Assembly (NCBI GenBank): GCA_963665095.1
Contig: OY762069.1
Span: 4,928,001-4,992,000, forward strand
DNA from: an uncultured Desulfobacter sp.
Lineage (GTDB): Bacteria; Desulfobacterota; Desulfobacteria; Desulfobacterales; Desulfobacteraceae
Reading direction: 5' to 3'
DNA: 64,000 bases
A program made the position numbers and the translations under genes. Positions within the stretch are counted from its first letter, which is position 1. Every line of letters begins with the position of its first letter. Below are positions 18,241 to 30,148 of this stretch, piece after piece. The notes under the pieces were generated by a model that saw nothing but the letters and a program-made list of their open reading frames with translations, made no database searches and was not told where the DNA came from.

Positions 18241-20691
18241 ATGAAAGTCAGTTTAAGCTGGTTGCGTGAATATCTCCCCATTGATATGGATCCCCAGGAA
18301 ATTTCTGACAGGCTGACAATGGCCGGCCTTGAAGTGGATGGGGTGGAAAACCTGTATGATTACCTGGATAATGTGATTGTGGGTCAGGTAGTACAGGCAA
18401 GGCAGCATCCCAATGCAGACAAGCTTACCTGTTGTGCTGTGGACGTCGGCAGAGAAGAACTGGTTCCCATCGTATGCGGTGCCCCCAATGTCAAAGAGGG
18501 TATGTTTGTTGCCTGCGCCCAGCCTGGGGCGGTGTTGCCCGGTGATTTTAAGATCAAAAAAAGTAAGCTGCGTGGGGAGCCTTCACATGGGATGCTCTGT
18601 TCGGCAGCGGAGCTGATGCTCAGCAGTGATGCCGCAGGCATCATGGATCTTGAAGGTGAGCTTACGCCGGGTGTCCCCCTGGAAACGGCTTTGAAGCTGA
18701 CGGACGCTGTGTTTGAGATTGATTTGACACCCAACCGGCCTGATTGTCTAAGCGTTATTGGGGTGGCAAGGGAGATTGCAGCGTTTCATGGTTTTAAAAA
18801 TAAGGTCACCTTTCCGGATGTAACCCTGCCGCTGGACAGGAGGGATGACCGTGATATCCGTGATTATGTGTCAGTGGAGATCCATGATCCTGAATTATGC
18901 CCAAGATATACTGCCGGCATGGTTTTTGACGTGAAAGTTGGTCCGTCTCCGCTGTGGCTGAAACAGCGCCTGGAGGCAGTGGGTCTTTCTTCCATCAATA
19001 ATGTGGTGGATATTACCAATTTTGTTATGATGGAAACCGGCCAGCCTCTGCACGCCTTTGATTATGATAACCTGGCTAAACACAAAATTGTTGTCAAGAC
19101 TGCGGGAAAACCTGGAGATGATCCTGTTGAATTCACCACCCTGGACTCAAAATCCCATAAGCTGGATCCTGAAATGCTCATGATCTGTGATGGGGAAAAG
19201 GCGGTTGCCATTGCAGGTGTTATGGGGGGGGAGAACTCTGAGATCGAAGAGACTACTACCCGGGTTTTGGTGGAAAGTGCCTATTTTAATCCTGTTTCTG
19301 TCCGGCGTACCGCTAAAAGAACGGGTATCGCAACGGATGCCTCCCATCGATTCGAGCGAGGGATAGACCCCGAAGGCACTATGTTTGCCCTGGAACGGGC
19401 GCTTTGTTTGATGGCTCAGTTGTGTTCAGCAACCATTGCCAAAGGTATTATTGATGAAAACCCTGTTAAAGCGCCTCCTGTTTGTATTGATGTAAGTGCA
19501 GAAGCGCTTAATGTCCGCCTTGGAACAGACTTTTCAGCCGAGAAGATTGCTGAGATTCTTGAATCTGTGGCATTTGTAGTGGAAAAAAACGGGAATAATG
19601 CGCTTAAGGTTCATGTGCCCTCATTCAGGGTGGATGTTACCCGCCCAGAGGATCTTTCTGAGGAAGTGGCCAGGCTGTGGGGATACAACAATATTGAGAC
19701 CAGCTACCCTGTTGTGCTGGCCAAAGGCAGGCTTCTTAATCCACGGCTGCAGCTTCGGTCCCGTATCCGTCAGGCCATGACCGGATTTGGATTCTGCGAG
19801 GCTATTAACTACAACTTCATTCGTGAGGATGCCTGTGACCGCATGGGTCTGGATGCCCAGGATAAACGTCGCCGGATGGTTGAGATCCTCAATCCAATTT
19901 CAGAACAGATGGCTGTACTTCGTACGTCTCTTGTGCCTGGTCTTTTAGATGCCATGGTCAGGAATACAGCAAAACAAAACGATACACTTGAGCTGTTTGA
20001 AATTGGAAAAGTTTTTTTCCATAAGGCAGAAGGTGAGCAGCCCGACGAGGTTGAATCGGTGGCCGGTCTGATCACAGGATTTCGTTTTGACCAGACCTGG
20101 TATTCAAAAAAAGAGCCAGTTGATTTCTTCGACCTTAAGGGCCTACTTCAAGGGCTTCTGGATAATCTGATGATTCAGGGCGTGCGGTATGAAAAGGCTG
20201 ATCCTGCAACCACTCCATATTTTGAAGCAGGATACGGGGCAAAAATTATCAAGGATGGTCTGGTGCTTGGCTACATAGGCAAGATTGCCTCTAAAGTGGG
20301 AGTCGCTTTTGGGCTCAAACAGGCAACCTTCGTTTTTGAGTTGGATATGGACAGCCTTGAAAAAGTGGTGCCTGAAGCAATTCAGGCAGGATCTGTTCCA
20401 AAATTCCCTGCTGTCTCAAGGGATATGACTTTTATAGTGGACAAAAATATTGAAGTCGGTCAGATTCTGGATATCATGGCTGTATTTGCAACAAAGCAGG
20501 CGTTGATTGAGACCTATTTCCTTTTTGATGTGTTTGAAGGGGATAATATTGGTAGGGATAAAAGGTCGTTATCATTCAGGGTTGTGTACCGGTCTGCCAC
20601 CAAGACGCTGACAGAAAACAATATTAAGAAAATACATGCACAGCTTTCCCAAAGAATTTTAGATACCTTTGATGCCGGACTTCCCGGATAG
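18241..20691 (+). CDS. pheT: Phenylalanyl-tRNA synthetase beta subunit
   Basis: HPNADKL, VCGAPN, GMLCS, LTPNRPDCLS, GQPLHAFD, RFERGID, C-terminal FDX-ACB domain. Confidence 0.98.
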   Translation: MKVSLSWLREYLPIDMDPQEISDRLTMAGLEVDGVENLYDYLDNVIVGQVVQARQHPNADKLTCCAVDVGREELVPIVCGAPNVKEGMFVACAQPGAVLPGDFKIKKSKLRGEPSHGMLCSAAELMLSSDAAGIMDLEGELTPGVPLETALKLTDAVFEIDLTPNRPDCLSVIGVAREIAAFHGFKNKVTFPDVTLPLDRRDDRDIRDYVSVEIHDPELCPRYTAGMVFDVKVGPSPLWLKQRLEAVGLSSINNVVDITNFVMMETGQPLHAFDYDNLAKHKIVVKTAGKPGDDPVEFTTLDSKSHKLDPEMLMICDGEKAVAIAGVMGGENSEIEETTTRVLVESAYFNPVSVRRTAKRTGIATDASHRFERGIDPEGTMFALERALCLMAQLCSATIAKGIIDENPVKAPPVCIDVSAEALNVRLGTDFSAEKIAEILESVAFVVEKNGNNALKVHVPSFRVDVTRPEDLSEEVARLWGYNNIETSYPVVLAKGRLLNPRLQLRSRIRQAMTGFGFCEAINYNFIREDACDRMGLDAQDKRRRMVEILNPISEQMAVLRTSLVPGLLDAMVRNTAKQNDTLELFEIGKVFFHKAEGEQPDEVESVAGLITGFRFDQTWYSKKEPVDFFDLKGLLQGLLDNLMIQGVRYEKADPATTPYFEAGYGAKIIKDGLVLGYIGKIASKVGVAFGLKQATFVFELDMDSLEKVVPEAIQAGSVPKFPAVSRDMTFIVDKNIEVGQILDIMAVFATKQALIETYFLFDVFEGDNIGRDKRSLSFRVVYRSATKTLTENNIKKIHAQLSQRILDTFDAGLPG

Positions 20692-20747
20692 TATCTGCCG
20701 AAGGGAAAACAGCTGAAATTTTTTAAAAAATCTGCCTTTCAGGGGTG

Positions 20748-20776
20748 TTGACAAAGTACAACGGCCCTGTTATATT
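20748..20776 (+). promoter_or_regulatory. Sigma70 promoter of tRNA-Gly / rimP operon
   Basis: TTGACA (20748-20753), N17 ending in TGT, TATATT (20771-20776), 13 nt before the tRNA. Confidence 0.75.
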
Positions 20777-20789
20777 GCAGCGCTGAAAT

Positions 20790-20865
20790 GCGGGCATAAC
20801 TCAGTTGGTAGAGTGCAAGCTTCCCAAGCTTGATGTCGCGAGTTCGAGCCTCGTTGCCCGCTCCA
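20790..20865 (+). tRNA. tRNA-Gly (anticodon CCC)
   Basis: 76-nt cloverleaf: GCGGGCA/TGCCCGC acceptor stem, anticodon stem CAAGC/GCTTG around TTCCCAA, GTTCGA T-loop, encoded CCA. Confidence 0.97.
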
Positions 20866-20967
20866 AGTTTTTGGTATGAACTGGCAGATTTTGTTCCACT
20901 TTTCTGGGGAAAGAATATGATCTGAACCTGCGGTTTCGGTGAAGATTTTAGGTGTATTACTACTGGG

Positions 20968-20988
20968 AACGGGCATCTGCCCGTTTTT
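20968..20988 (+). terminator. rimP leader hairpin / attenuator
   Basis: AACGGGC-ATCT-GCCCGTT followed by TTT, about 30 nt before rimP. Confidence 0.6.
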
Positions 20989-21019
20989 GTATTTGTGGAA
21001 AATGAAAGGTTGCAGTTAA

Positions 21020-21493
21020 ATGGCCTTTATCAGCGGTAAAGAGCCCGGTGTATTAGAAAAACAGGTGCAGTCAGTCGCGGAGCCGTTACTGGCTTCAAAG
21101 GGGCTGGAGCTGGTACATGTGGAATGTATTGTGCATAACCGGCAGAAATTTGCCCGGATTTATATGGACAAGCCTGGTGGTGTCTCTCTGGATGACTGTG
21201 TGGCTGTCAGCCGGGAACTTGGGGATCTGATTGATGTCCATATAGAGGATATCGGTCCATACCGTCTGGAAGTGTCATCTCCCGGCCCTAGCCGGCCTTT
21301 GAAAACAAAGGCGGATTTCATCAGGTTTGAGGGTGAGCGGATTAAGGTTGAAATCCATGGAAGCATTGAAGGCAGAAAAAAGTTCACCGGAGTTCTTGAG
21401 AAAACAAATGAAGATTCTGTGACAATTGCCGTTGACGGTAAGTCCTTTGACATTGCCGGGACCAATATCGCAAGAGCAATACTTGCAGGGTAA
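21020..21493 (+). CDS. rimP: Ribosome maturation factor RimP
   Basis: IYMDKPGGVSLDDC..VSR, YRLEVSSPGPSRPL. Confidence 0.95.
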   Translation: MAFISGKEPGVLEKQVQSVAEPLLASKGLELVHVECIVHNRQKFARIYMDKPGGVSLDDCVAVSRELGDLIDVHIEDIGPYRLEVSSPGPSRPLKTKADFIRFEGERIKVEIHGSIEGRKKFTGVLEKTNEDSVTIAVDGKSFDIAGTNIARAILAG

Positions 21494-21514
21494 GTAAAAT
21501 GGAGAGCGTTTAAC

Positions 21515-22900
21515 ATGTTTATCACAGATATAAAAAGGGTGATTGATCAGGTAAGCCGTGAAAAGGGTATTGATGTAGAAGTGCTGATTAATACCTTGAA
21601 GGAGGCCATCATCTCTGCTGCCAGAAAAAAGATCGGTCCCAGAGCAGATATAGAAGTCCATTATGATGAAAAAAGCGGTGATGTTGAAGTTTTCCATTTT
21701 AAAGAGGTGGTTGAAGAGGTTGAATATCCGGATAGCGAACTAACCCTTGAAGAAGGGCTTGAATATGATCCTGAATGTGAAATCGGAGACTCCTTGGGTA
21801 TCCGTATAGATACAGAAGAATTCGGCCGCATTGCCGCCCAGTCCGCCAAGCAGGTCATTATACAAAAAATGCGTGAAGCAGAGCGCAATGCCGTGTATGA
21901 GAATTTTATTCACAAAAAAGGGAAAATAATCAATGGTATTGTCCAGCGGTTTGACCGCGGTGCCATTATTGTGAACCTGGGGCAGGCTGATGCCGTATTG
22001 CGGCCCAGGGAGCAGATGCCCAAAGAAAGCTATAAGCGGGGGGACCGGATCCGGGCATATGTCCTGGATGTTCTGGAAGAATCCAAGGGTGCCCAGATTG
22101 TTTTGTCCCGAACCCATCCCGAGTTCCTGGTGGAGTTGTTCAAGACCGAGGTGCCGGAGGTGGCGGAGGGAATTGTTTCCATTCGAGGCGCGGCCAGGGT
22201 TCCTGGGGTGAGGGCAAAAATTGCGGTTTCTTCCATTGATTCCGATGTGGATCCGGTGGGAGCCTGTGTGGGGATCAAGGGCAACCGGGTTCAGAATATT
22301 GTTCAGGAGCTGCGGGGAGAAAAAATCGATATTGTCCAGTGGAGCCCTGACATTGCCAGGTTTGTGTGCAACTCGTTATCTCCGGCTGAAATAGCCAGGG
22401 TGATCATTGATGAAGACAACCAGTCCATGGAGGTGATCGTTAATGATGAGTATCTGTCCATAGCCATCGGCAAGGGTGGCCAAAATGTCTCCCTGGCCTG
22501 TGAGATTACGGGATGGCATCTGGAAGTAACCAGTGAGGAAGAGTACAGCCGTGAAGTTAAGGAAGGATATGACAGCCTGATGCGGTTGTCCGGAATCGGC
22601 TTGCCTGCGGCTGAGGTCTTGTTCAAAGCCGGATATGCCTCGCTTCTTGATATTATGGATGCACCGGTCGACGATATATCGGCGTTGTTGGATATCCCTG
22701 TGGAAACAGCTGCGGCAGTGATTGAAGATGCTATAAATATAATGGAGCAGGAACGGATTCAGACCCGGGAGGCCTTAAGGCGGCCAACGCAGGGCCAGGA
22801 ACCGGATGCAGACACTGAGTCTGATATGGGTGACAGAATTTTCCCAGAAGAAGATTCTCAGGGTCCAGAAGATCTGCAGATCAAAGAACCGGGTGAATAG
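21515..22900 (+). CDS. nusA: Transcription termination/antitermination factor NusA
   Basis: [39 protein letters not shown]. Confidence 0.97.
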   Translation: MFITDIKRVIDQVSREKGIDVEVLINTLKEAIISAARKKIGPRADIEVHYDEKSGDVEVFHFKEVVEEVEYPDSELTLEEGLEYDPECEIGDSLGIRIDTEEFGRIAAQSAKQVIIQKMREAERNAVYENFIHKKGKIINGIVQRFDRGAIIVNLGQADAVLRPREQMPKESYKRGDRIRAYVLDVLEESKGAQIVLSRTHPEFLVELFKTEVPEVAEGIVSIRGAARVPGVRAKIAVSSIDSDVDPVGACVGIKGNRVQNIVQELRGEKIDIVQWSPDIARFVCNSLSPAEIARVIIDEDNQSMEVIVNDEYLSIAIGKGGQNVSLACEITGWHLEVTSEEEYSREVKEGYDSLMRLSGIGLPAAEVLFKAGYASLLDIMDAPVDDISALLDIPVETAAAVIEDAINIMEQERIQTREALRRPTQGQEPDADTESDMGDRIFPEEDSQGPEDLQIKEPGE

Positions 22901-22971
22901 AGGTTCTTGCATCGGTAACGCAGAAATTAACTTCAAAGCAATCAACTATAGAGGATTACTGGGGGCAACGA

Positions 22972-25900
22972 ATGGCGAAGGTCAGGGTATACGAGTTAGC
23001 TAAAGAACTGAATATGACAAACAATCAGCTTTTGGTTAAAATTAAAGAGCTGAAAATAGACGCTAAAAGCCATATGAGTGCTCTGGATAACAGCGCTGTT
23101 GCCGAAATCAAGCAGCATCTATTCGGTAAAAAGAAGCGGAGCAGTGATGTTAAGGTGCGCCCTTCGGTGATCCGCAGGCGTAAGGCCAAGTCCCGGCCCA
23201 GGACAGATGATATGGATGCATCGGAAGCCGATGATGTCGAATCCACTGAAAACGAACCGGAGGCAGTTGAGGCGATTGATGCCCAATCGCCTGCAGAAAT
23301 CCAGGCAGATTCAGTGGATAAGACTGAAGAAGCGGTGCCCGAAGCAAAGGATTTGGCTCCTGAAGCAGACCCAGCTGCCACGTCTGAAAAGGAACCAGTT
23401 GTGAAACAGCCTGCCAGAAAAGTTGTGCCCAAAACCAGTGAACCGGCTAGAATTATTAAACCTGCCAGAGCGGCAGAATCGGTTGGACAAGAATCTGAAC
23501 CGCCTTCAGATGCAAACCAGGCTCAGAAGGAAGAGGTTGTCGCCTCCATGGCCCAGGAAGAAGAGGCTGAAAAAATATCAGAAAGTGCAGAGGCAGATTC
23601 TCATGCGGAAACGACAGGGGCCGCAAAGCCTGCTGAACCTGCAGACAATGCGCCTGAAAGGCAGGTTTCGGAATCGGCAGACACTGGTAAGGATGGGAAG
23701 GATAGTGTAACTACAGATATGTCTGACCAGAAAATTTACGACTCTCAGGCCGGAGATGGAGATACAGGGGAAGAGGAGAGCGCTCAGACCAAACGGAAAA
23801 AGAAAAAGAGGAAAACCACGCCGGCCAAAATTGTCCGGGTGGCAGATCCTGCGGTTTTGGAAAATATCAGAAAGATGACGGCCACGGACGAGAAAAATAA
23901 TACGGGGAGCAACGGCAATGGCCAGGAACGTAATGGCCGTCGACATGTTGAGCCGGCACCTGGGCAGCCTAATTTGGGCAAGCAGGATCTGGCGGCGCCG
24001 GATAATTTTTCCAAAGACCGCAGACGTGGGTGGGATAATGGTGATCCGTCCTCTGACGCTGCCGGGCCTTCCAGAAAAAAACGGCGTAAGAAAAAAGCAG
24101 TTGTGGAAGGAGATGACCTTTATCAGAATCGGGGCAGAAAAAAGCGCGGCAAGAAAGATCCCAAGGGAAAAAAAGGCGGTTTTCAGAAAACACAGATTAC
24201 CACCCCCAAGGCAATTAAGCGCCGCGTAAAGATAGATGAGGCCATTGAACTTGCAGAACTTGCCAAGCGTATGGGTATTAAAGCCAATGAAATGATTGTC
24301 AAGCTCATGGGTATGGGGGTTATGGCCACGGTAAATCAGACCATTGATTATGATACTGCTTCTCTTGTGGCGGCTGAGTTTGATTTTGAAGTGGAAAAGG
24401 CCAGTTTTGAAGAAGAGACCCTTCTCAATGTTGTACCTGAGGTTGAAGACGAAGGAAATATGGAAGAATGTCCCCCTGTAGTTACCATCATGGGGCATGT
24501 TGACCATGGTAAAACCTCTTTGCTGGATGTGATTCGCAAGTCCAAAATTACGTCTGGTGAGGCTGGTGGCATTACTCAGCACATTGGGGCGTATAATGTC
24601 GAAACACCCAATGGTGGTCGCATCACTTTTCTTGATACGCCCGGTCATGCTGCCTTTACGGCCATGCGTTCCAGGGGGGCCAAGGTCACGGATATCGTTA
24701 TCCTGGTGGTGGCGGCCGATGACGGGGTTATGCCACAGACCATTGAGGCGATCAATCACGCCAAGGCCGCTGATGTGCCGGTGGTCGTAGCTGTGAATAA
24801 GATGGACAAGGCAGGCGCTGATCCTGATCGTATCATGCGTGAACTGTCCGAACATGACCTTTTGGCAGAAGATTGGGGTGGCAATGTTATTTTTGTCAAA
24901 GTGTCCGCTAAATCCGGTGAAGGGATTGATGAGCTGCTTGAGATGGTACTGCTTCAGGCGGAAGTGCTTGAGCTTCGGGCCAATCCGGACCGGAATGCCA
25001 CCGGCTATGTTGTGGAATCCCGCCTGGATACAGGTCGTGGGGCTGTGGCAACCGTGCTGGTAAAACAGGGCACCTTGAAAGACGGAGACCCAATCGTCTG
25101 CGGCCTTCATTCCGGCCATATCCGGGCAATGATCGACGACACCGGCAACCGTGTTGAGGCGGCCGGTCCCTCCACGCCTGTAGAGATTGTGGGGCTGGCA
25201 GGTGTGCCTGACGCCGGCGACGAGTTTGTTGCTGTTGCTTCAGATAAAGATGCCAAACAGATTGCTGCCCACCGTATGCAGAAACAGCGTGCCAAAGAGC
25301 TGGCCAAAAAGAGCCGGGCCAATCTTGAAAAAATGTTTGAGAACCTGGGTACGGCTGAAATCAAGGAACTTAAGCTTATTGTCAAGGCAGATGTTCAGGG
25401 GTCCATTGAGGCGCTTAATGATTCTCTCAAAGATCTTGCCAAAGAGGAAGTTGACGTCAAGATCGTTCATTCTGCCGTGGGTACTATCAACGAGTCTGAC
25501 GTTTCTCTGGCAGCTGTGTCTGATGCCATCATTATCGGGTTTAATGTCCGGCCAACACCTCAGATCCGCAGGCTGGCCAAGGATGAAAACGTAGACATGC
25601 GGTTCTACGATATTATCTATGACGTGATCAACGACATCAAGGCCGCCCTTGACGGCATGATGCCCTCCACCTTCCAGGAAAATATCATTGGCCGGGCAGA
25701 TGTCCGGGATACCTTTGTGGTTCCCAAAATCGGTACCATTGCAGGGTGTGCGGTTGTTGAAGGCAGGGTGGTCCGGGGTAAAAAGGTGCGCCTGTTGCGT
25801 GACGGTATCATTAAGTGCGATACAGAGCTCTCCTCTCTGCGACGGTTCAAGGACGATGTCAAGGAAGTGGAACAGGGATTCGAGTGTGGTATCGGCCTTG

Positions 25901-25974
25901 AGAAATTCAATGATATCAAGGTGGGTGACGCCATTGAGTGTTATGAAGTTGAAGAGATCAAATATCAGGGATAA
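22972..25974 (+). CDS. infB: Translation initiation factor IF-2
   Basis: [48 protein letters not shown]. Confidence 0.98.
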   Translation: MAKVRVYELAKELNMTNNQLLVKIKELKIDAKSHMSALDNSAVAEIKQHLFGKKKRSSDVKVRPSVIRRRKAKSRPRTDDMDASEADDVESTENEPEAVEAIDAQSPAEIQADSVDKTEEAVPEAKDLAPEADPAATSEKEPVVKQPARKVVPKTSEPARIIKPARAAESVGQESEPPSDANQAQKEEVVASMAQEEEAEKISESAEADSHAETTGAAKPAEPADNAPERQVSESADTGKDGKDSVTTDMSDQKIYDSQAGDGDTGEEESAQTKRKKKKRKTTPAKIVRVADPAVLENIRKMTATDEKNNTGSNGNGQERNGRRHVEPAPGQPNLGKQDLAAPDNFSKDRRRGWDNGDPSSDAAGPSRKKRRKKKAVVEGDDLYQNRGRKKRGKKDPKGKKGGFQKTQITTPKAIKRRVKIDEAIELAELAKRMGIKANEMIVKLMGMGVMATVNQTIDYDTASLVAAEFDFEVEKASFEEETLLNVVPEVEDEGNMEECPPVVTIMGHVDHGKTSLLDVIRKSKITSGEAGGITQHIGAYNVETPNGGRITFLDTPGHAAFTAMRSRGAKVTDIVILVVAADDGVMPQTIEAINHAKAADVPVVVAVNKMDKAGADPDRIMRELSEHDLLAEDWGGNVIFVKVSAKSGEGIDELLEMVLLQAEVLELRANPDRNATGYVVESRLDTGRGAVATVLVKQGTLKDGDPIVCGLHSGHIRAMIDDTGNRVEAAGPSTPVEIVGLAGVPDAGDEFVAVASDKDAKQIAAHRMQKQRAKELAKKSRANLEKMFENLGTAEIKELKLIVKADVQGSIEALNDSLKDLAKEEVDVKIVHSAVGTINESDVSLAAVSDAIIIGFNVRPTPQIRRLAKDENVDMRFYDIIYDVINDIKAALDGMMPSTFQENIIGRADVRDTFVVPKIGTIAGCAVVEGRVVRGKKVRLLRDGIIKCDTELSSLRRFKDDVKEVEQGFECGIGLEKFNDIKVGDAIECYEVEEIKYQG

Positions 25975-25986
25975 CCGAACCGAGAG

Positions 25987-26391
25987 ATGAAACCCTATGC
26001 ACGCGCCGAGCGGGTCTCCATAAAGATTCAGCAGGCAATAACAGAACTTTTGTCCAAAAAAATGCAGGACCCTCGAATGGAGATGGCAACGGTGTCAGGC
26101 GTTAAAATGTCCCCGGATCTGCGACTGGCCCATGTCTATATTGCTGTATTTGGTGATAAAAAGAGAATCAGGGAGGCCCTGGCAGGCTTTCAGAAATCAA
26201 AAGGATTTATCAAGAAGAGCATCGCTCCGAAACTGGGCTTGCGGTACATGCCGGATCTGCGGTTTGTTCATGATGACTCCTTTGACCGGGCTGCGCGGAT
26301 GGATGCCCTGATTGATGCAGCGCCCAAGGGCGAGGACCGGGACCAGGGTAATGAAACCAAGGACAGGCCTTTATCTGATTCTGCTGATTAA
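25987..26391 (+). CDS. rbfA: Ribosome-binding factor A
   Basis: DPR, SPDLRLA, LRYMPDLRFVHD; synteny. Confidence 0.95.
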   Translation: MKPYARAERVSIKIQQAITELLSKKMQDPRMEMATVSGVKMSPDLRLAHVYIAVFGDKKRIREALAGFQKSKGFIKKSIAPKLGLRYMPDLRFVHDDSFDRAARMDALIDAAPKGEDRDQGNETKDRPLSDSAD

Positions 26392-26438
26392 CCGCAGGTT
26401 CGCCCACTAAATTTCCAGACAGGACAACTCCTTTTTAC

Positions 26439-27392
26439 ATGAAAAACGGTATCCTTATTGTTAATAAGCCTGAAGGTATCTCTTCGGCCGGGGTGGTCAA
26501 CCGGCTTAAGCGACTGCTCAAGGTGAAAAAAATCGGGCATACCGGCACCCTTGACCCATTTGCCACAGGGGTGCTTCCCATTGCCGTGGGTCAGGCAACC
26601 CGCATTTCAAACTATTTTTTAAAAGGTGTTAAAGGATACAGAGGGGAAGTGACCCTCGGGCTTGAAACCGATACGCTGGACTGCACCGGCACAGTGACAA
26701 AACAGGCAGAATCGGCGACTCTGGCTGAGATTGATTCAGGAATGCTCAAAGATGTGGTGCAAAGTTTTCTGGGATTTCAGGAACAGGTACCTCCCGCCTA
26801 TTCTGCGTTGAAACACAAAGGTCAGCCATTGTATAAGCTCGCCCGTCAGGGGCAGATGATTGAGAAGCCCCCCAGGCCAGTCCATATCATGCACATTGCC
26901 ATGGAAAATTTTCGAACCGGGCCAGAAGGACTACCCGTGTTTGATCTGCCAGTGGTGTGTTCCGGCGGCACATACATTCGCAGTCTGGCGCGTGACATCG
27001 GCAAGGTGCTGGGATGCGGGGCGCACTTGTCTGCGCTGCTGAGAAACCGGTCCGGCCGGTTTGAGATAGAAGATGCCTTAGATCTTGAGAATCTCGAAAC
27101 CATGTCTCTGGCGGGGATCGAAGACCGGATTATTTCCATGGCGCAATGCCTTGAGTTCTTACCGGCTATTATTGTGGATGACCGGACAGCCCAAAAAATT
27201 AAATTTGGTCAGCCCCTTGTGATGTCTTCCCTTCCTTTGCCGGAATATTTCTGTCTGTCGGAAGATAAAAGCAATGCCCAATTGTCTGATTCTGATATTC
27301 GGGTTTTGGATTCTAACGGAAATCTTCTGGCGATTGTTGCGCCGGATAAAATCGGTCAAACATACAAATATTGTTGCGTTTTTAATGCTTAG
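26439..27392 (+). CDS. truB: tRNA pseudouridine(55) synthase
   Basis: KIGHTGTLDPFATGVL, QVPPAYSALK, CSGGTYIRSLARDIG. Confidence 0.97.
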   Translation: MKNGILIVNKPEGISSAGVVNRLKRLLKVKKIGHTGTLDPFATGVLPIAVGQATRISNYFLKGVKGYRGEVTLGLETDTLDCTGTVTKQAESATLAEIDSGMLKDVVQSFLGFQEQVPPAYSALKHKGQPLYKLARQGQMIEKPPRPVHIMHIAMENFRTGPEGLPVFDLPVVCSGGTYIRSLARDIGKVLGCGAHLSALLRNRSGRFEIEDALDLENLETMSLAGIEDRIISMAQCLEFLPAIIVDDRTAQKIKFGQPLVMSSLPLPEYFCLSEDKSNAQLSDSDIRVLDSNGNLLAIVAPDKIGQTYKYCCVFNA

Positions 27393-27544
27393 CTGGTAAT
27401 AATACCAGGCTGTCTCATCATGGTGCTTAAAGGCGGTTTATGTCTCTTGGTTCTGAATGGAATATTGGATAAAAGGGTTCGTAAATAAACTGCCTTGTTT
27501 TATGGTACCTGTTTTTAATATTATTCCAATAAAGGAGTGTTACA

Positions 27545-27814
27545 GTGGTTTTACTTGCAGAAAACAAAGAGGAGATGATTGAAAAATTCAAGCTCCACGA
27601 GTCCGACACAGGTTCCCCTGAAGTTCAGGTTGCTATTTTAACCCACAGAATCAGCTACCTGACAGAGCATTTGAAGATGCACAAGAAGGATCATCATTCA
27701 AGGCGGGGGCTTTTAATCCTGGTCGGGCGGCGCAGAAGCCTGCTTGATTATCTTAAGAAAAAGGATATCAGCAGATATCGTTCCTTGATCGAGAAACTCG
27801 GACTCAGACGGTAA
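27545..27814 (+). CDS. rpsO: 30S ribosomal protein S15
   Basis: [32 protein letters not shown] start with AAGGAG. Confidence 0.98.
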   Translation: MVLLAENKEEMIEKFKLHESDTGSPEVQVAILTHRISYLTEHLKMHKKDHHSRRGLLILVGRRRSLLDYLKKKDISRYRSLIEKLGLRR

Positions 27815-27826
27815 GATGGTCTTATC

Positions 27827-27872
27827 AAACCGGTTTTTGATGCTTTCGGGGTCAAAAACCGGTTTTTGTTTT
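27827..27872 (+). terminator. rpsO terminator
   Basis: AAACCGGTTTTTGA / TCAAAAACCGGTTT stem followed by a U-rich tract. Confidence 0.75.
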
Positions 27873-27875
27873 CAG

Positions 27876-28009
27876 CAGGGCGGCCCAAGGCGGGAACGGC
27901 TTATATATAAGTTCGCATTTTTGCTATCAAACCAACCCTTCAAAGAGGCGTTTGATGGTAAACATGTGGGTTTATGATATACAAGCCTTTCCGTGTCCTT
28001 TGCCGCCTG
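27876..28009 (+). promoter_or_regulatory. Long pnp leader hairpin (probable RNase III processing stem)
   Basis: Arms CAGGGCGGC..GGCTTATATAT..TGCTATCAAAC and GTTTGATGGTA..ATATACAAGCC..GCCGCCTG are complementary over about 55 bp with G-U pairs and bulges. Confidence 0.65.
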
Positions 28010-28045
28010 TTTTTTTTATCTCAATGATGTAGTTTAGGAGAAATT

Positions 28046-30148
28046 ATGGAGAAAATTGTATCAGCCGATATCGGCGGCAAAACATTAACTATCAGCACCG
28101 GAAAAATTGCCAAACAGGCTTCCGGTTCCGTGGTTGTCCAGTATGGGGAAACCATGGTGCTGGTCACAGCGGTAGCATCTAAAGATCCCAAAGAGGACAT
28201 CAGCTTTTTGCCCTTGTCCGTTGAATACCAGGAGAAGATTTATGCGGCCGGCAGAATCCCGGGCAACTATTTCAGGCGTGAGATCGGGCGTCCTTCAGAG
28301 CACGAAACCCTGAACGCCCGCTTGATCGACCGGCCCATCCGGCCTCTGTTCGAGGATGGCTATAACTTTGAAACTCAGGTGATTGCCACGGTTATGTCCA
28401 CGGACAAAATGTGTGAACCCGGCATTCTGGCCATGATTGGCGCCTCTGCGGCCCTGGAAATTTCCGACATCCCTTTTAACGGCCCCATTGCCGGTGTCAA
28501 GGTCGGCCGGGTGGACGGGCAGTTTATTGCCAACCCCACACCTGAGCAGATGGAAAAAAGTGACATTGACCTGACAGTTGCAGGTTCCAAAACAGGAGTT
28601 GTCATGGTGGAAGGCGGTGCCGACATTGTCTCTGAAAAGGATATGCTGGACGCCATTTTCTTTGGCCATGAAGCCATGCAGCCGGCCATTGCCCTTCAGG
28701 AAGAGCTGAAAAGCACTGTGGGCAAAGAAAAACGGGAGTTTATTCCCCCTGAAAAAGACGAAGTCCTGGCTGAAAAGGTTGAAGCCTGGGCCTGGGACAG
28801 GATTCATGAAACTGTTCAGATCAAAACAAAAATTGAGCGTCAGAATGCTGTTTCAGCTCTGAAAGCGGAAACCGTTGCCCAGTTTGAGGCGGAGTATCCG
28901 GATAAGATCGGAGAGATTAAAGAGGTTTTCAGCAAGACAGTTAAAAAGGTCTCCCGCAGTATCGTTCTAAAAGAGGGTCGGCGTATTGACGGCCGGGCAT
29001 TTGACGAGGTCCGCCAGATCACCTGTGAGGTGGGATGTCTGCCAAGACCCCACGGCTCTGCCCTGTTTACCCGTGGCGAAACACAGGTAATGGGCGTCCT
29101 TACGCTGGGATCCGGGGTTGATGAACAGCATCTTGAAACCTTGAACTCCAACCATGAGACCCGGGCATTCATGCTGCACTATAACTTCCCTCCCTTCTCT
29201 GTTGGTGAGGTGAAACGGCCGGGTGGTCCCTCCCGCAGGGATATCGGCCATGGAAATCTGGCCCACAGGGCGTTGAGCCGGGTCGTTCCACCCCATGATG
29301 AGTTTGAATACACTATCCGTCTGGTGGGTGAAGTCATGGAATCCAACGGGTCCTCTTCCATGGGCACGGTATGTTCCGGGTGTCTTGCCCTGATGGATGG
29401 CGGCGTGCCCATCAAGGCACCAGTTTCCGGTATTGCCATGGGGCTTGTGTCCGATGAAAACAACACAGTGGTTCTTTCCGACATCCTCGGAGACGAGGAT
29501 CATTTCGGTGATATGGACTTTAAAGTGACCGGAACCAGGGAAGGGATCACTGCTCTTCAGATGGACATCAAGATTCAGGAATTGTCCAAAGAAGTTATGG
29601 AGACCGCTCTGGAACAGGCCAACGGCGGACGTATTCATATTCTGGACAAAATGCTTGAAACCCTGAATACGTCCAGGGAAGAGATCTCTCCCCACGCGCC
29701 TAAGATTGTCTCCGTTCAGATTAACAAAGACAAGATCCGTGACATCATCGGCCCTGGCGGCAAGGTGATCCGGGCCCTTCAAGCCGACACCAATACCACC
29801 ATTGAGGTCAATGACGACGGCATTGTAAAAATTGCTGCGGAAAATGAAGAAGATTCCGCCAAGGCCTTGGCCATGGTTAAAGACATTGCCATGGATCCTG
29901 AGATCGGCGCCATCTATGAAGGTGCCGTGGTCAAGATTACCGACTTTGGCGCATTTGTGAACATCAAATCCGGTACGGACGGTCTGGTTCATATATCTGA
30001 ACTGGCTGACTACCGGGTGAAAAAGGTCACGGATGTGGTCAAAGAGGGTGAAGTGATCAAGGTCAAAGTGCTGGACATCACCCGTGACGGCAAAATCAAG
30101 CTTTCCTACAAAGCGGCCAAAAATGATGCTGAAAAGGCTGGAGAATAA
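28046..30148 (+). CDS. pnp: Polyribonucleotide nucleotidyltransferase (PNPase)
   Basis: [49 protein letters not shown] and S1 domains. Confidence 0.98.
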   Translation: MEKIVSADIGGKTLTISTGKIAKQASGSVVVQYGETMVLVTAVASKDPKEDISFLPLSVEYQEKIYAAGRIPGNYFRREIGRPSEHETLNARLIDRPIRPLFEDGYNFETQVIATVMSTDKMCEPGILAMIGASAALEISDIPFNGPIAGVKVGRVDGQFIANPTPEQMEKSDIDLTVAGSKTGVVMVEGGADIVSEKDMLDAIFFGHEAMQPAIALQEELKSTVGKEKREFIPPEKDEVLAEKVEAWAWDRIHETVQIKTKIERQNAVSALKAETVAQFEAEYPDKIGEIKEVFSKTVKKVSRSIVLKEGRRIDGRAFDEVRQITCEVGCLPRPHGSALFTRGETQVMGVLTLGSGVDEQHLETLNSNHETRAFMLHYNFPPFSVGEVKRPGGPSRRDIGHGNLAHRALSRVVPPHDEFEYTIRLVGEVMESNGSSSMGTVCSGCLALMDGGVPIKAPVSGIAMGLVSDENNTVVLSDILGDEDHFGDMDFKVTGTREGITALQMDIKIQELSKEVMETALEQANGGRIHILDKMLETLNTSREEISPHAPKIVSVQINKDKIRDIIGPGGKVIRALQADTNTTIEVNDDGIVKIAAENEEDSAKALAMVKDIAMDPEIGAIYEGAVVKITDFGAFVNIKSGTDGLVHISELADYRVKKVTDVVKEGEVIKVKVLDITRDGKIKLSYKAAKNDAEKAGE

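Noticed and set aside
20770..20976. 68-aa minus-strand ORF
   Set aside because: Antisense to tRNA-Gly
23578..25119. 513-aa minus-strand ORF
   Set aside because: Antisense shadow of infB
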